Source: Reclinomonas americana ATCC 50394 (taxonomy: Eukaryota). Taken from it: DNA of 64,000 nucleotides. The notes under the pieces were generated by a model, which worked only from the letters and a program-made list of their open reading frames with translations, had not been told where the DNA came from and did not search any database. This document shows positions 37,704 through 51,059 of this stretch, in pieces; position 1 is the stretch's first letter, and every line of letters starts with the position of its first letter. The stretch is taken from assembly GCA_048213135.1 (NCBI GenBank), contig PS015020.1, positions 574,055 to 638,054 on the forward strand, read 5' to 3'. Made by a program: the position numbers and the translations under genes.

Positions 37704-40700
37704 TCACTTGCGGGTGGGCCGCGGCGATGGTGAAGCCAGCTTGTCGGCAGAGAGACCCACTGCATGCAGAAGCAAATCGGAAAAATGTGAGGACAACTGC
37801 TGATCATATACACAGCAGACAACCACAATCTCCACGCAACGTTCACGAAGCAGGTGTGGCTCGGGGGCCTTGACACCAGCATCTTGTGTCACCGCCTCCA
37901 TCATGATACCGCGGTACAGCTCTTGTGCGTCGATCTCAGTGCGGCTGTCCCACTTGACGGCAAACGCCACACACTGCTCGAACATCCTGCGCGCCGCGGC
38001 CGCCGCACTCTGCGCTTTCTTGCGTGCATCCTCCTCGCCCTGTGGGTCCACGTGCGAGGGCAGGCGCAGGTCGCGCCATTTGCGGTTGTCATCGGCGATC
38101 CTGTCGGCATCCTGGTTGAGAGCCACAAAGCGAGCCACGTGCAGTCGGAGCTCCTCGACGCCGCGATCGAGGCCGAAGCGACGCAGGTCGGCGTTCGTGG
38201 TGAGCTCACGATCGCTGTTCATCCACGCGTGCACATGGCGAGCGCATGTCTCCCGCAGGCCGCGCAGGTGTGATGGTGCCCACTCGACAATCTCCGTCTT
38301 GACCTTGTCGATGCACTCGGCCCGCTTCTGCAGCCGGGTGCACATGCGAGTGCCTTCCAGCTCCTCGCGGTCGAGCATGGCGCGCACCTCGTCAGTGGCC
38401 TGCAGGCACACCTTGGCCACGTTCACCAAGTGCTCCGCATCACGGAGCTCCTGCAGGTAGCGGGTGGCGGCGGTCTCGTTGGCCTGCCGAGCAGTGGCAA
38501 GTTCGCGAGGGATCAGGTCGGCCACGCTGCGCAGTCGACCGGCATCCTCGTCGCACTTGCTTTGCAGCAGGCGCCAGGTGTTGCCAGTGATCGAATCCTC
38601 CTGAACGCGTTGGCGGTCGTCGCACAATTCGCGTGTTTGATCACCGGCAGCGCGCGCGCTGTCCAACCGGTCGCTGGCGCGTTGAATGGCCACCACCTGG
38701 CTCTCGTCACGCGACCTCTCGTCGAGGCTGGCACGGTTGGCGTCTTCGGCAGTCTGGCGAGTTCGGTGAGCGCCCTCCTCCGTGCGCGCCACCGAGCTCA
38801 TCAGCGTGGCCGCGTTCGACACATCCTTGTAGACCTTGGTAGTCTGATTGTTCAGGCTGACAACGGCGTCCACCGCATGCTGCGTGATGGGCCGCTGCTG
38901 GCTGACCACCCGAATGCGCTGCTGAGCGTCGGTCGGCAGACCGTCCACAATGTGTGCCACCGCGGCGGCATTGAAGCGCAGCACCTCGTAGTAGGGCGCA
39001 TTCGCCACCGGGGCCATGGCACCGGCGGCGCTGCGCACGGGGGCGAGGCTGTCAGCTGTGGGGCGGATGGCGGACTCCACGTCCACCGCGACGGCCGACG
39101 GCTGCAGACTCTCCGCATCCGGGTCGGTCTGCAGTTGCTGCAGCATGACGGCCTTGGGCAGGTGTGCGGCCACATTGCCGGTGATACGAGAGCGCAGCTC
39201 ACGGAACTCGACCGAATTCACGTCCTCGGAGATCTCGAGTTCTCGAGGCGGTGCCGTCGCCCTCGCCTTCGCAGTCGCCGCCTCGGCGCGAGCCACCTGC
39301 ACTTCCTGCTCCAGCTGTGCCAGGCGCTCCATTGCCAGAGCTGTAACGCAGCAGTGAGGAGGAGGAGAAGGGAGGGTGGATAGGGCAAAGGAAGAGGATG
39401 GACAAGTGAAGTGAACGAGGGAAGAGAAGAGGATGGACAAGTGAAGTGAACGAGGGAAGTGAAGAGGGTGGACGAGGGAAGTGAAGAGGGTGGACGAGGG
39501 AAGTGAAGAGGGTGGACGAGGGAAGTGAAGAGGGTGGACGAGGGAAGTNNNNNNNNNNNNNNNNNNNNNNNNNNNNNNNNNNNNNNNNNNNNNNNNNNNN
39601 NNNNNNNNNNNNNNNNNNNNNNNNNNNNNNNNNNNNNNNNNNNNNNNNNNNNNNNNNNNNNNNNNNNNNNNNNNNNNNNNNNNNNNNNNNNNNNNNNNNN
39701 NNNNNNNNNNNNNNNNNNNNNNNNNNNNNNNNNNNNNNNNNNNNNNNNNNNNNNNNNNNNNNNNNNNNNNNNNNNNNNNNNNNNNNNNNNNGGAAGAGGG
39801 TGGACGAGGGAAGAGGAAGAGGGTGGACGAGGGAAGAGGAAGAGGGTGGACGAGGGAAGAGGAAGAGGGTGGACGAGGAAGAGGAAGAGGATGGACGAGT
39901 GAAGAGGAAGAGAATGGACGAGTGAAGAGGAAGAGAATGGACGAGTGAAGAGGAAGAGAATGGACGAGTGAAGAGGAAGAGAATGGACGAGTGAAGAGGA
40001 AGAGAATGGACGAGGGAAGAGAAGAGGATGGACGAGGGAAGAGAAGAGGATGGACGAGGGACGAGGGAAGAGGAAGAGGATGGACGAGGGACGAGGGAAG
40101 AGGAAGAGGATGGACGAGGGAAGGGAAGAGGGTGGACGAGTGAAGGAAAGGCAAGAGATAAAATAGAAAAGGACAACGATGAGACGCGATGGAGGAGACA
40201 AGAGCCGCAGAGGGCGAGCGTGGAGCAGTGGCAAGACTACAAGACAAAGAGACGAAGCGGAAAACTTTTGCGAGAGGAAAGACAACGATTACCAGTGGGG
40301 TGCAGGAGAGAGGAGACTCACCGTAGTTTCGCTCTGCAATGCGGGCGCGCAGATCCTGCAGCTCGCTCTTGGTGGCAATGGTGTTCTCGTGGGCGGGTCC
40401 AAACGTGCGCTCGGTCCTGGCCGCCACCTTGGCGAGAATGTGATAGGCCTCCTCCAGCAGCTGCATGCTGCTCAGCAGCACCGCAAGTGTGTAGGCGCAC
40501 TCGAGGGTGGCAGCGTGGTCCTCGCCGAGCAGACGGCTGTACTCATCGAGGCACCGCAGCAGCGTGACACGCGCTTCTTCAGTCTTGCCCGTGGTGGCCA
40601 TGCTACGAGCTTGTTCGTAGGCCATCTGAATCTGGGCCAGTGGCTCATCTGTGGTCACCACCAAGAAATCAGAGACTGGAGATTGAGAGAGAGATTGCGA

Positions 40701-40793
40701 TGAGGAGTGCGTACCCTTGTCGCGATCGGCACTGGCCATGCCAGGGTTCGGTGTGCTGCTCTGCATGTGTGCGTTTGTCTTCTTGGAAGCCAT
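37704..40793 (-). CDS. Protein with N-terminal kinesin-light-chain-type TPRs and long coiled-coil C-terminus
   Basis: [17 protein letters not shown] and [13 protein letters not shown] repeats. A minisatellite intron (~39341-40321) is followed by about 500 aa of helical sequence. Confidence 0.7.
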   Translation of the reverse strand: MASKKTNAHMQSSTPNPGMASADRDKGTHSSSQSLSQSPVSDFLVVTTDEPLAQIQMAYEQARSMATTGKTEEARVTLLRCLDEYSRLLGEDHAATLECAYTLAVLLSSMQLLEEAYHILAKVAARTERTFGPAHENTIATKSELQDLRARIAERNYGESPLSCTPLVIVVFPLAKVFRFVSLSCSLATAPRSPSAALVSSIASHRCPFLFYLLPFLHSSTLFPSLVHPLPLPSSLVHPLPLPSSLVHPLLFPRPSSSLPSSILFLFTRPFSSSSLVHSLPLHSSILFLFTRPFSSSSLVHPLPLPRPPSSSSLVHPLPLPSSTLFLFPRPPSSXXXXXXXXXXXXXXXXXXXXXXXXXXXXXXXXXXXXXXXXXXXXXXXXXXXXXXXXXXXXXXXXXXXXXXXXXXXXXXXXXTSLVHPLHFPRPPSSLPSSTLFTSLVHPLHFPRSLHLSILFSSLVHFTCPSSSFALSTLPSPPPHCCVTALAMERLAQLEQEVQVARAEAATAKARATAPPRELEISEDVNSVEFRELRSRITGNVAAHLPKAVMLQQLQTDPDAESLQPSAVAVDVESAIRPTADSLAPVRSAAGAMAPVANAPYYEVLRFNAAAVAHIVDGLPTDAQQRIRVVSQQRPITQHAVDAVVSLNNQTTKVYKDVSNAATLMSSVARTEEGAHRTRQTAEDANRASLDERSRDESQVVAIQRASDRLDSARAAGDQTRELCDDRQRVQEDSITGNTWRLLQSKCDEDAGRLRSVADLIPRELATARQANETAATRYLQELRDAEHLVNVAKVCLQATDEVRAMLDREELEGTRMCTRLQKRAECIDKVKTEIVEWAPSHLRGLRETCARHVHAWMNSDRELTTNADLRRFGLDRGVEELRLHVARFVALNQDADRIADDNRKWRDLRLPSHVDPQGEEDARKKAQSAAAAARRMFEQCVAFAVKWDSRTEIDAQELYRGIMMEAVTQDAGVKAPEPHLLRERCVEIVVVCCVYDQQLSSHFSDLLLHAVGLSADKLASPSPRPTRK
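39390..40145. repeat. Intronic purine-rich minisatellite (~22-bp unit GAAGAGGGTGGACGAGGGAAGT and variants)
   Basis: Tandem copies on both sides of the N-gap 39549-39791. Confidence 0.9.
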
Positions 40794-41152
40794 GTTGCGT
40801 TGTTTCCGCTCCGAAGATCTATGCAAAGAAATTGAAATAAGCGGTGTGATGACAGGTGTTGCCGGGTTCTGTGCGGAAGACAACAAAACTATTGTCAGTT
40901 TATGCATTCTCCGCTGCCATCTGTCGTGGAAGCAGTGGCAGCAAGCGTGTGGGTGCGAGGCGAGAGGAGCTGGCTGCCTGCAATCGTGTCAGCAGTGCGT
41001 ATTTTGCAGCGGACGGCAAGAAGCATTCCCGGCAGACCGGTCAAGCGTCAGACGGACACGCCGGCAGCGAAGACTGCCTGTTGCTTTCTCGGGACACTCA
41101 CACACGCTGATATGTATTCATTCGCTCAAAACTCTCACTCCATCACAAAATC

Positions 41153-43057
41153 TCAATCGCGGTTAAACATGATGGAATTGACGGTGGTGCTGAGGGTGCC
41201 GCCGCGGTACGAGCCACGCTTCTTCTTGGTCTTCTCGTGGCGGAAATCGCGTCCCTTGACGCGACCCAGTGCCTCTTGTGCCTTCAGACCCCACGTCTCT
41301 CCCTTGGCGAAGAAGGAACTCCGGTTGGCAAACTCAGCACGCACTTGCACAACATCGGGATCGACGCGGCGGAAGGGTGCATTCGGAGTCTTCTTGCCTG
41401 CACACAAACACACGCGCGGTGAGCCACGATGCATGTTTGGAATGACGGTGACAGGAATAACCAACCTGATGAATTCGGCGTCTTGGGTGCCGCCGCCTCG
41501 AAAGTCGGTGTGGAGGGAGTGACGGGCGCCGGTGCACTCTCAGTCTTGGCGCGCTTGACTGGCGGCTCATCGCCCTCATCGCTACTGCTGCTGTCGCTGC
41601 TCTCTTCCGAATCGGACTCATCGCGGCCACGCTTCGCAGCCTGCTTCTTGACGGCAGCACTGCATGCACATATGCTCTCTCGTTAGCAGCTGCTGAGAGA
41701 CGTGTTTCATCAGCACCATCGTAGCACACCTGTCGCCGCTCGTCTTGACCTTGTCGACCTCCATCTTGCCATTGGCCTGCTTCTTCTTCTTCTTCTTCTT
41801 GTCGTCCTCGTCCGACTCATCCGACGACGACGACGACGATGATGATGATGAATCCGAGTCCTCCTCACTCGACGACGACTCGTCCTTCTTCGCTGCCTTC
41901 TTACCCTTGACCGGCTTCTTCGCCTTTGCCTTCTTCTTGTCGTCCCCGTCCGACTCTGACTCCTCATCCGAAGAGGAGTCCGACGACGACGATGATGATG
42001 AAGACGAGTCTGAATCCTCCTCGCTTGATGACGACTCGTCCTTCTTCGCCGCCTTCTTGCCCTTGGCCGGCAGTTGCTTCTTCGTCTTCTTCTTCTTCTT
42101 GTCGTCCTCGTCGGACTCCTCATCCGACGAAGAATCCGACGACGACGATGATGACGATGATGATGACGATGAATCCGAGTCGTCCTCACTCGACGACGAC
42201 TCGTCCTTCTTGGCCGATGCCGCCTTCTTCACCGGCGCCTTGATTTCCACCTTGGCCTTTGTTTTCTTCTCCTGCTCCTCCTCCTCCTCATCCTCGGACT
42301 CTGACTCGGAAGACGATGACTCCTCCTCTTCTGAAGACGACTCCTCCTCCTTCTTGCTCTTGGCCTTCTTGCTCTTGGCCGCCACCGCCTGCTGCGCCTC
42401 GTGCGCCTGAACAATCGCCACCAGCGACGGTTCGAGGCCCGCAGTCGGAATGGTATGCTGCGAGTGCGTCAGCAACGAGGCAACTGTGTGTTGAGCCCAC
42501 AAACAGCACACAGACCTCTCCCGTCTCGGTCTTGAACGCCTCCAAGGTCTGGCGCAGACCCGCCTCTGCCAAGTACTGCACCACCAGCGTGTACAGCGCA
42601 CGGAACTGTGGCTTCACCTCCGGACGGCCGCGAACAAAGCCCTTCATGCCGGCTGATGCCGCAGTGGCAATGGAGGACGACAGAGAGGGGGCTGCAGTGC
42701 GAAAAGGCGGAGGGCACGTTGTGAGCGAGATCTCTCTCTGTTGGCATGTGTTGCATGAAAAACGCACTGGTCTCACTCGACGCTCCGGACTTGACCTTCT
42801 TGCCGGAGAAGCCGAGGCCGGAGTGGTCGTGCGACTTGCGTTGTGCGTGCTTCTCGTGGAAGTTGGCGACCTTGGCTGTTGATTGCAAACAGAGAGTGAG
42901 TGTCAGTTCGCGCTGTGCATGTGCATCTGCACATGCACACCACCAGCATCACAGCAACGCCCCCTTTGGCTGCTCTCTCTGCTCTCATGCATGTGGTGGC
43001 AGTAGCAACAGCTGCTGCTGCGGGTGGGGACCACAGACACGCACCTTCTACGCTCAT
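41153..43057 (-). CDS. NOLC1: SRP40/Nopp140 nucleolar phosphoprotein
   Basis: LisH-like LYTLVVQYLAEAGLRQTLEAFKTE, alternating Ser/acidic and Lys-rich repeats, and the SRP40_C domain PFRRVD...KGRDFRHEKTKKKRGSYRGG. Confidence 0.92.
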
Positions 43058-43141
43058 GGCTGTCGTGTTTTTTGTGGGTGAGTGTCTACAGTAGAAGTCT
43101 ACACAATCACACCGTTTTTCCGACATGTGCTGTTCTTCACT

Positions 43142-44853
43142 TCAACTGGCAAACACCGACGACGAGTCTACTGTTATCCAGTCGATCTGCAAGGCTACGT
43201 CATCGCCAGCGGCTTGCCACCCCGGATACCAGGCGGACTCGTTGTTGTAAAAGGTGTTGTGCGGCTTGGCATCTGAGTCTTTCCACGGCTTCCCTGCACT
43301 GTCGGGGAAGAGACCGCTGATGCCGCCCACTTGTAGGCCAATGGAGAGGTAAAACTGCAGGGCGGAGTGAGTGGGAGGAAGTCAGCTGCGTTTTTTATCT
43401 GCGCACACCTCTTGGTCAAAGGGAGCCGCTTTGCCACGACCTGCAACCAAACAACGCAAGAGAATGAGCGGATGCGCCATCATCACAGTGCCTACCATAT
43501 TGGCGTCACATCGCACCTGTCCACGGATTGTTGCCGGAGAAACCACTTCGTTGAAAGAACGAGCCAGTGGTCATGTCGACCGTCATGATGCGGTTCTCCT
43601 CGCTGTCGAGATACGTAAAGATCTCCAGCTCGTTCCACACCAGGCCGTACACGTGAAACGAAGCCGAAAGGTCAACTGTGGCATTCAAGGAGCCACGTGT
43701 CTGCTGCACCATGTCGCGATTCGCCGCCGGACCTGTGCATTGCTGTTAGCGTGTGGAGATGATTTTGAGGAAGAGTAGTGGCACACTCACCCCAGTGCAA
43801 AGCACTGCTCACGATATTTCTCCCGCCAGCGACGTACGTGCTGTTGTTGCCTCGACTGATCAGCACGTCCACACCGCCACTCATCGGGAAGCCTGCACGA
43901 AACGCGACTGTGACCACACACACTCCACATTTCCCACCTCTAGATCACCCACACATACCGCCGTATGCGTTCCTCCTGGGCAGCAGTTGCACGGCCTGCG
44001 CAGAAGCGTTGGAGACAGAGAGTGCGTGTCACTTGGCGCGTCTCGGCAAACTCACCGGCCACAGCCAGTCGCCACGAGGAAGCTTCGCACGCATCTCCAT
44101 TCGTCCGTAGCGAAACGAGAAGGATTCGAGTGAGCGGATGCGCGCTGTCATCACTGGAGGCAGGAAGCCAGTGGCACTCGTGCTACTGGCCGTACGCAGG
44201 CACCCGTCCCTCGCAGCCACTGCAGAGTCGGAGTCAGAACCCTCACACACACACACGATTCTCCTCTCTTGCCCGCACCTGTGCACACTCTCGCCGCGTC
44301 CTTCACACCGCCCCACAGATCCAGCGTGTACGGCTGCGGCGAGCCTCTCACTTGTGCATCGCTCAGCCACTCACGAGTGAGCACCGGTCGCAAGAACAAC
44401 ACCCCGTTGCTCACATACGACGTGCGTCGCGAGTTGACATACATGGAAAACAACTTCTCCTACACACGCGCACATGCACACACCAGTGAGTGCCACAAGC
44501 CGAGCACGAGGACAAGTGCGCGCACGGAACATCTGCTGGCCTGTGCGTGTTTTGCGTGACATGAGTACACGTGAGAGCAAGCGAGAGAGTGTGAGCAAAG
44601 AGACGCACCCAATGTTCGTCATAGTGTTCTCTATGTGCACACGCACGGATGAGAGCCACTCTCACACACAACACACTCTCTCACAAACTCCGCACGCACC
44701 ATGTTTCCACTTGCCCGTGTCCAACTCGTTCCACTGCTCGCTCCACTGCACCACCGCCGCCGACCGACTGACCAGCGCATGTGTCACCACCGCCGCTGAC
44801 AGCGCCCACACAAGGACGACCGCCGCGGCAACCAGCCGTCGTCCCGTTGTCAT
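43142..44853 (-). CDS. GH16 beta-1,3-glucan-binding protein-like, catalytic glutamates absent
   Basis: Signal peptide, FRYGRMEMRAKLPRGDWLWP, FHVYGLVW and ALQIDWITV. The active-site segment reads FPMSGGVDVLISRGN. Confidence 0.85.
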
Positions 44854-44910
44854 TTCTCGCGAATTGACGCAAAGTGAGAGAGAGCCGTTCAGTGTGTTCA
44901 ATTTCGTTGT

Positions 44911-46760
44911 ATGCGGCGAGCTCGGAGGCGGCCCTTGCTGCTTCTACTGGTGGTGGCCACCCTTGTGTGTGCGTGTTGTGTCGCAGCTGTTGCGCGAGTA
45001 GATCCCGCCAAGGCGACGCGATCAAAGCTGCCTTCGGCGACACCGAGTGCCACTTCCGCTGATGGACGAGTGCTGCTCTTTGAGGACGACTTTGCGGTGC
45101 TGGATCATGATGTGTGGGAGCATGGTGAGCGAGGGCAAGAGCAGCACGAGCGTCGTTGTGTGCTCGCTCACGTTTGTTTTGCGCGCAGAGCTGAACATGG
45201 GTGGCGGCGGCAACTGGGAGTTTCAGGTGGGGTGGAGTTGGATGTTCTTCTTTGTGGCGACTGTCGCGCGCGTGCTCACTTTCCGTCTCTCTCTGTGCGT
45301 GCATGCAGTACTATGTCAACAACCGCACGAACAGCTACGTGAAGGATGGGGTGCTGTTCATCCGGCCGACGCTGCTGGCCGACACGATTGGCGAGGCCAA
45401 TGTGGTCAACGGGTTCACGCTGGACGGGTGGGGCACGCAGCCAGCGGATCGGTGCACCGGCAACGCGTGGTACGGGTGTCGGAGGGACAGCTCGTACACC
45501 GGCGGCAGTGGGTACGTGCTGAATCCCGTGCAAAGCGCGCGGTTACGGTGGCGGAACACGACATTCCGGCGTGGTCGGCTGGAGATTCGGGCCAAGATGC
45601 CGCGCGGAGACTGGCTGTGGTGAGTGCCTGTGCCCTGCGTGGCGGAGTGTATGTGCTGATCACTTACACGATGGGCTGCAGGCCGGCGTTGTGGTTGCTG
45701 CCCAAGACGCAAAACTATGGTGGTGCGTGGGATGGAAGCGAGAGAGAGTGTGTGTTGTGGTGCATGCGACGCGACTGACACCGCGCATTGTTGCATGGCG
45801 CAGAATGGCCGAACTCTGGCGAGGTGCGTAGGGGGAAGGCTCGCTCACGATTTTCCGAGCTCTCCCTCTCACGGTGACCTCTCACCCAGATCGACGTTTG
45901 CGAGTCGCGAGGCAACAGTCGCAATCGCACCTCGTACTCGATCGGAGGAACCGACACGTTCACGTCGACGCTGCATTGGGGTCAGTTGCTTCGCGATTTC
46001 TTGCATGCCAATGCAACCCACTCACTTTTTGCGTGTCAGGCCCCAACTGGGACATGAACGGCTTCCCGTCGACCATGGTGGAGTACCAGGTGCCGTCCAG
46101 TGCGCTTGACCTGTCGCAAGAGTTTCACATCTTCGGCCTCGTCGTCACCGACACGGGACTGTACACGTATCTCGACAAGGACAACCAGCGAGTGTTGCAG
46201 GTCGACTGGACGCAGGTCTGTGTTTGCCTGTGTGAGCTCATTCCCTGTGCACTCCCTCACTATGGTTTTTCCTCCCTTGCCCCCTTTTGCAGGAGAGCTT
46301 CTGGCAGCGCGGAAAGCGATTATTCGGATGGTTGACTTCCGGCAACCCGTGGACAGGTACAGCAGCAGTGGGTACGATTCTTCGCTTCTCTGTTTCTGAT
46401 CATGGCGTCGTGCTGTGCATTTTTTGCAGGGCGGACCAACGCAGCGCCCTTTGACCAAGAGGTGACCTGCGTGCGTCGCATGTGCTTTGTCGTTCTTGTC
46501 ACTCAAACTTGTCGCCCATAGTTCTATCTCATTCTGAATCTGGCGGCCGGCGGCACTGGTGGCTACTGGTACGGTTCACCGTGGAGTTGCGTGCCCAAGT
46601 GCCAGCGCGCGTCCGTGATGCACGAGCTTTGCCTCAATGTGCATGTACAGGTTCTGTAAATGACTTTTACAATCAAAAGTCCAAGTGGTACCCGTCGTGG
46701 CAGGCCGCCGGCGACTCGGTAGCGTTGCAGATCGACTGGGTTCGAGTGTGGTCGTCGTGA
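44911..46760 (+). CDS. GH16 beta-1,3-glucanase (laminarinase/GNBP-type), catalytic motif intact
   Basis: Signal peptide, GGGNWEFQYY, GRLEIRAKMPRGDWLWPALWLLP, WPNSGEIDVCESRGN (ExDxxE), APFDQEFYLILNLAAGG and LQIDWVRVW. About 11 exons. Confidence 0.92.
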
Positions 46761-46880
46761 TCGCGAGTAAAAGAAGGCTGGTTGCACGTGGGGGAGTGGG
46801 CAAGCCGCCGTACCGTTCACCATTGGATTCATTGATTCACGAAGAAGATTCGATTGCTTCCTCTGCTGCTGCACTTCGCC

Positions 46881-47224
46881 ATGGCCTCCTCCTCTGACTC
46901 CTCCTCGCACATTCACGAAGTGGCGGCGAATGCCGACGCACACCACCACACACACCGATTCACCGAAGAGGAAGATGCGGCCGCCTACGCCGCCGGCACC
47001 TGCGTGCACTGTCACGCATCGCCCGTTGAGTACGAGTGCGTTCCATGCGGTCACGCGTGCATGTGCAAGGCGTGTGCGATGAAGATGGCCACGGTCAGTG
47101 CTTATCATCGTCACGTGCGCGACAGTGTGTGTGTGCTCATGGTGACACACAGGGCGGCAAGTGCAAAGTCTGTCACAAGTTCTTCAGCGAGTGCCGCCAG
47201 ATGCGACACCACCATCACCATTGA
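46881..47224 (+). CDS. Small C3HC4 RING-finger protein with His-rich ends
   Basis: CVHC...VPCGHACMCKAC...CKVC; one intron; ends HHHHH*. Confidence 0.8.
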
Positions 47225-47350
47225 GCGGCGCAGTGTTGTGGTGTACATAGTGAAGGAAGAAAAGCTGCTGTTGTTGCCTGGAGAGTGGGGCGTTTTCTTT
47301 ACACAATCATCGTATCATTTTCTGTGGTGTCTGTTTGTCTCGTCGCTTGT

Positions 47351-50300
47351 TCATCGGTGCTTTGCGGCACCGGACTGCGTCGGCAGGTGGCCCATGTGCG
47401 CCTTGTAGATAAACTCCTCACGCGGTGTAAAGTGATCGGGACTCCAGTGTGCCGAGCTGCTGCGCGGTCGGTATGGCTTGGAGCCGACTCGTGTGCCAAA
47501 CACGGCTGTGCATGCGCAACGACTAGTGAGCGACTACGGTCCCCCCACCCTCTTGCGTCTCGTGTCGTGAATGGCACGCAACTCTCGAGGTCGCACGTCT
47601 TCGGGCACTTGGGGAAGATGGCGTCCGGATCGGCCGAACTCTGCTGGCGCAGCGCCTTTTCTAGTGCCGATCGCTGCGCCCAGCTCGGGATCTTCTTGCG
47701 TGGCGAGCCTACGCGCAACATACGATTCAGCCAAACACGCGGCGATCTCCTTCCCCCCTCTCTCTCGCTCTCTTTTGCAAACCATCCATGCTGTCTTCCT
47801 CGTCGCTCCACTCGCCCGAGTTGTCCTCACGGTCGGTCATCTCATAACCGTCGGACGAGGCCGAGCTGTTGACGGCGCTGTTCGCCATGCTGCTGTCGGC
47901 AAACAGCAGCTGGCCTTGTGACACGTTGCCAAACATCATTTGGTCCTGCACAGTATCGTCAGTAATTATCGACCGGGTCATTCTAATCTCGCCATCTCAC
48001 CCTCACCTGCGCCAATTGTGGTGGGGTGCCGGGAGTGAACGGGTTGCCGGCACGCAGTGCCTGCTGCTTGGGCGTCGGTTGCTTGGGGGTGGGCGGACCC
48101 ATTACCTTCTGCAGACGATTACACGAGAGTGAGGCAAGTACACGTCAAGAGAAATACATCTATTCCTTCTCCGACACACACCTTGGTGGGCGGCGACATT
48201 ATCGATGCCACGGATTCCTGCAGCCTCTTTTGTTGCTCCTGCAACAACATCGCACGCAGAAGGTCAGCTTTCCTGTCACTCCCTTCTCTCCCGTCTTTTC
48301 CCTATTGTTCTCACCTCCACCTGCTTCTTCCTGGCGGCCTCCTCGTCGCGCTTCTTGGCCACCTCCTCGCGCTTCCTCTTCTCCTCCTCCTGCTCGCGTG
48401 CCCGACGCTCCGCCTCCTCCCGCAACCTCTCCTCCTCCTCCTGCCGCCGCTGCGCAATTGCCTGCAGCTGCTGGCGCTTCTCCTCGGCTCGTCGCAGCTT
48501 GTCTTGCACCTCCTGCGCCTGCTTCTCGCTCGTCTCCTTCTCCTCGCGTCGCTTCTTGGCCACCTGTGCCAACATATCGGCGCGCTTGTTCCTCGCCTCC
48601 TCCTTGATGCGCTTGTCGTTCTCCTTCTTCTCCTCCTCGCGCTTGCGCATGTCTTGCAGCTTCTTCGCCAGAGCGTTCTTCTTGTCCACGCGCTCCTGCT
48701 CCTTCTTCTCCAGTGCCTTGCGGCGAGCCTCGGCAATCTTGAGCGACTTCACCTCAACATTGCGCTTGGCCGCAGCAATGACGGCCGCAGCAGAGGCACC
48801 AGGAATGCGTGTCGGCAGGAACGAGCGAGCGTTGCCATTGGCCAGATTCGACGGCGTTGATTTCATCTGCACATGGTTGGTTGGTGAGCGCCAGTCTCCC
48901 CAAGTGAAGCACATTACGACGCACCTCGTCATCATCTGTCTCGCCCTCCTCCGCCTCGTCCTCTTCACCCGTCTCATCCTCGTCTTCCTCCTCGTCCTCT
49001 TCCTCGGCACTCTGGAAATCCTCCAGGTCCTTCTCGCGAACAGCCGCCACCACCACCTCCTCCTGCTCCATCTCTACCATGCCCTCCAGTTCGCCGTCCT
49101 CGGCCAAGTCTTGTGGCTTGGTCGAAGTCGGCGCGGAGGCGGCGGCAGCAAACGATGACTCGGCCTTGGCCGGTGCCTCCTGCAACCTCAGCGGCATGCC
49201 TTGCGACGAGGCCGTGGAAATGTCGGCGCCGGTGGCCATCAGCAGCGACGGCGCCAGCCGTGCCATTGGAGCCGGGTGCGACTCCTCCTCGGTATCTTCC
49301 TCCTCATCGACGGCCATCTCCACAAACGCGTGCGTCTGTGTCTTGAGCGAGGCGACCGACTGTAGAGCAAAACAAACAAACATAAGAGCACAGTCGCGGC
49401 TTGTCGCATGCAAGAGATCGCTCGTGCGTACCTCGTTGAAGACATGTGGTGACATGCCATGGTGCACGGACGAGTCGCGGCGGATCGGACTCAGATTCTC
49501 AATGCCGCTGGCAATGACCTCGCGCAGCGGCCTCTCGTCCTCGCTGCTGTTCCGCTTGCTCTTCTTCTGCGGCACAACCTGCTCCTCCATCTCCGCGTCC
49601 GGGCTAACCACGGTCGCTGAGGCCGGCGCTGCGGCAATGACGATATCACCAGCCACGCTGTCCTCGTCGTCCATCACCGCCACCGCAGAGATCTCATTGG
49701 AGGCGCGCTTGCCGAGCACACGAGCCGAAGAAGCAGCAATGCTACCAGCAGCGGCGCCGGCGGCAGCACCCTCCTCCTCAAACTCTGGCTGCTGGTCGAC
49801 TTCGCTGTTGACGCGCTTGTGATGCACCGGTCGAGCGGGCGACGCAAATGACGGATGCTCCTGATCGTCCTCCTGCTGATCGAGCTGCGTGTTGTCGAGA
49901 ATCGCGTTGGCGACTGGTGCGTACACGTCGTCGGCCTCGGCCATCGGCACCGGCAACTCGGCCAGCACACTGCGCGGGAACGGCATGTCGAGAACCGGTG
50001 CCTGCTGTGTTGGCGGAGTGCCGGCAGCAGCGGCCGGCGCCACCAGCATCGCCGGGCTGGAGGCGGGCGGTGCGGGGGTGTGCATGGCGGCCGGCAGCGG
50101 CGACGCATCACCCGAGTGCTCCACAATCACCAGCGGCGCACTTGCCTGGGTGGTGGTGCGGGAAGGGTGAATTGCGTGAGTTTCTCTAATCGACAACATG
50201 ACGACCACGGATCCAACCTTTTCCCAAGTCGATCGCGCGCCGTTGCGTGTTGCGCGTGCCGGCTGCGACTGCTGCTGCTGCTTCAGCACAGAGCGCGGCA

Positions 50301-50855
50301 CTGGCGGCGGCGGCATGATGGACACGGCCGGCCCGCCCGGAGTCGGGGCGAGAACAGATGCCGGAATCGAGCGCAACTGCGGTGTGAACTGCGGTGGCGG
50401 CAGCAGCGACTGTGGATTGGAGTTCTCCTTGTCCAACACGAATGACGACTGCCAGACGCACAACACACAAGGAACGAATGAGGTGCACTGCACTTGCGCC
50501 CATCACTACGCAGTTGACCGCACCTCGACTGCCTGCTTCTTGGCGGCGCTGCGAGTGAAGCGCTTTTGCGTGGACGGCGGCACGTTCAGACCAAACCGCC
50601 TGCACAACACGCACACACACACACACACAGAGGGTCAAAGTGGTGTCGCGTTGGACAAGGAACGCGCGTGTGTGTGTGCACTCACCGAGGTTTCTCGCCC
50701 GCTGGCAAGAACAGCTCGGCCTTGGTGCGAGCGTGCGCCTCGTTGAGCCAACCGACCTGGTCGGCGGCGCACTCCTCCACCTCGCTCACACAACGGTCGG
50801 CCATGGAGTGCAAGTGAGCCAGCAGCTCAGCAAGATCACGGGCCGGTGCTGCCAT
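47351..50855 (-). CDS. INCENP: Inner centromere protein INCENP
   Basis: N-terminal helix, long disordered middle and an E/R/K single alpha helix. IN-box: KKIPSWAQ...DPDAIF...TCDLETVF...RSSSAHWSPDHFTPREE. Confidence 0.88.
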
Positions 50856-51059
50856 TTTCAATCTCTGTCTGTCTGTCTGTGTGTGTGTGTGTGCGTGTCT
50901 CTGTCACTCACTCACGTGTACAACCAACGGTGAGGAGATGTGCGCAGTGCAGTGTGTGCGTGTGCGAGTGGTGCGTTCCAGTGGCGTGCCTCTCCCCTTC
51001 TTTTCTCCCTCTCTCGCAACAATTGGCGCAACGGTCAATTTGCATTTTCGGCTCATCCA

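Noticed and set aside
39390-40145. Regular ~22-bp repeats as a possible CRISPR array
   Set aside because: No unique spacers and no cas genes; it is an intronic minisatellite in a eukaryote.
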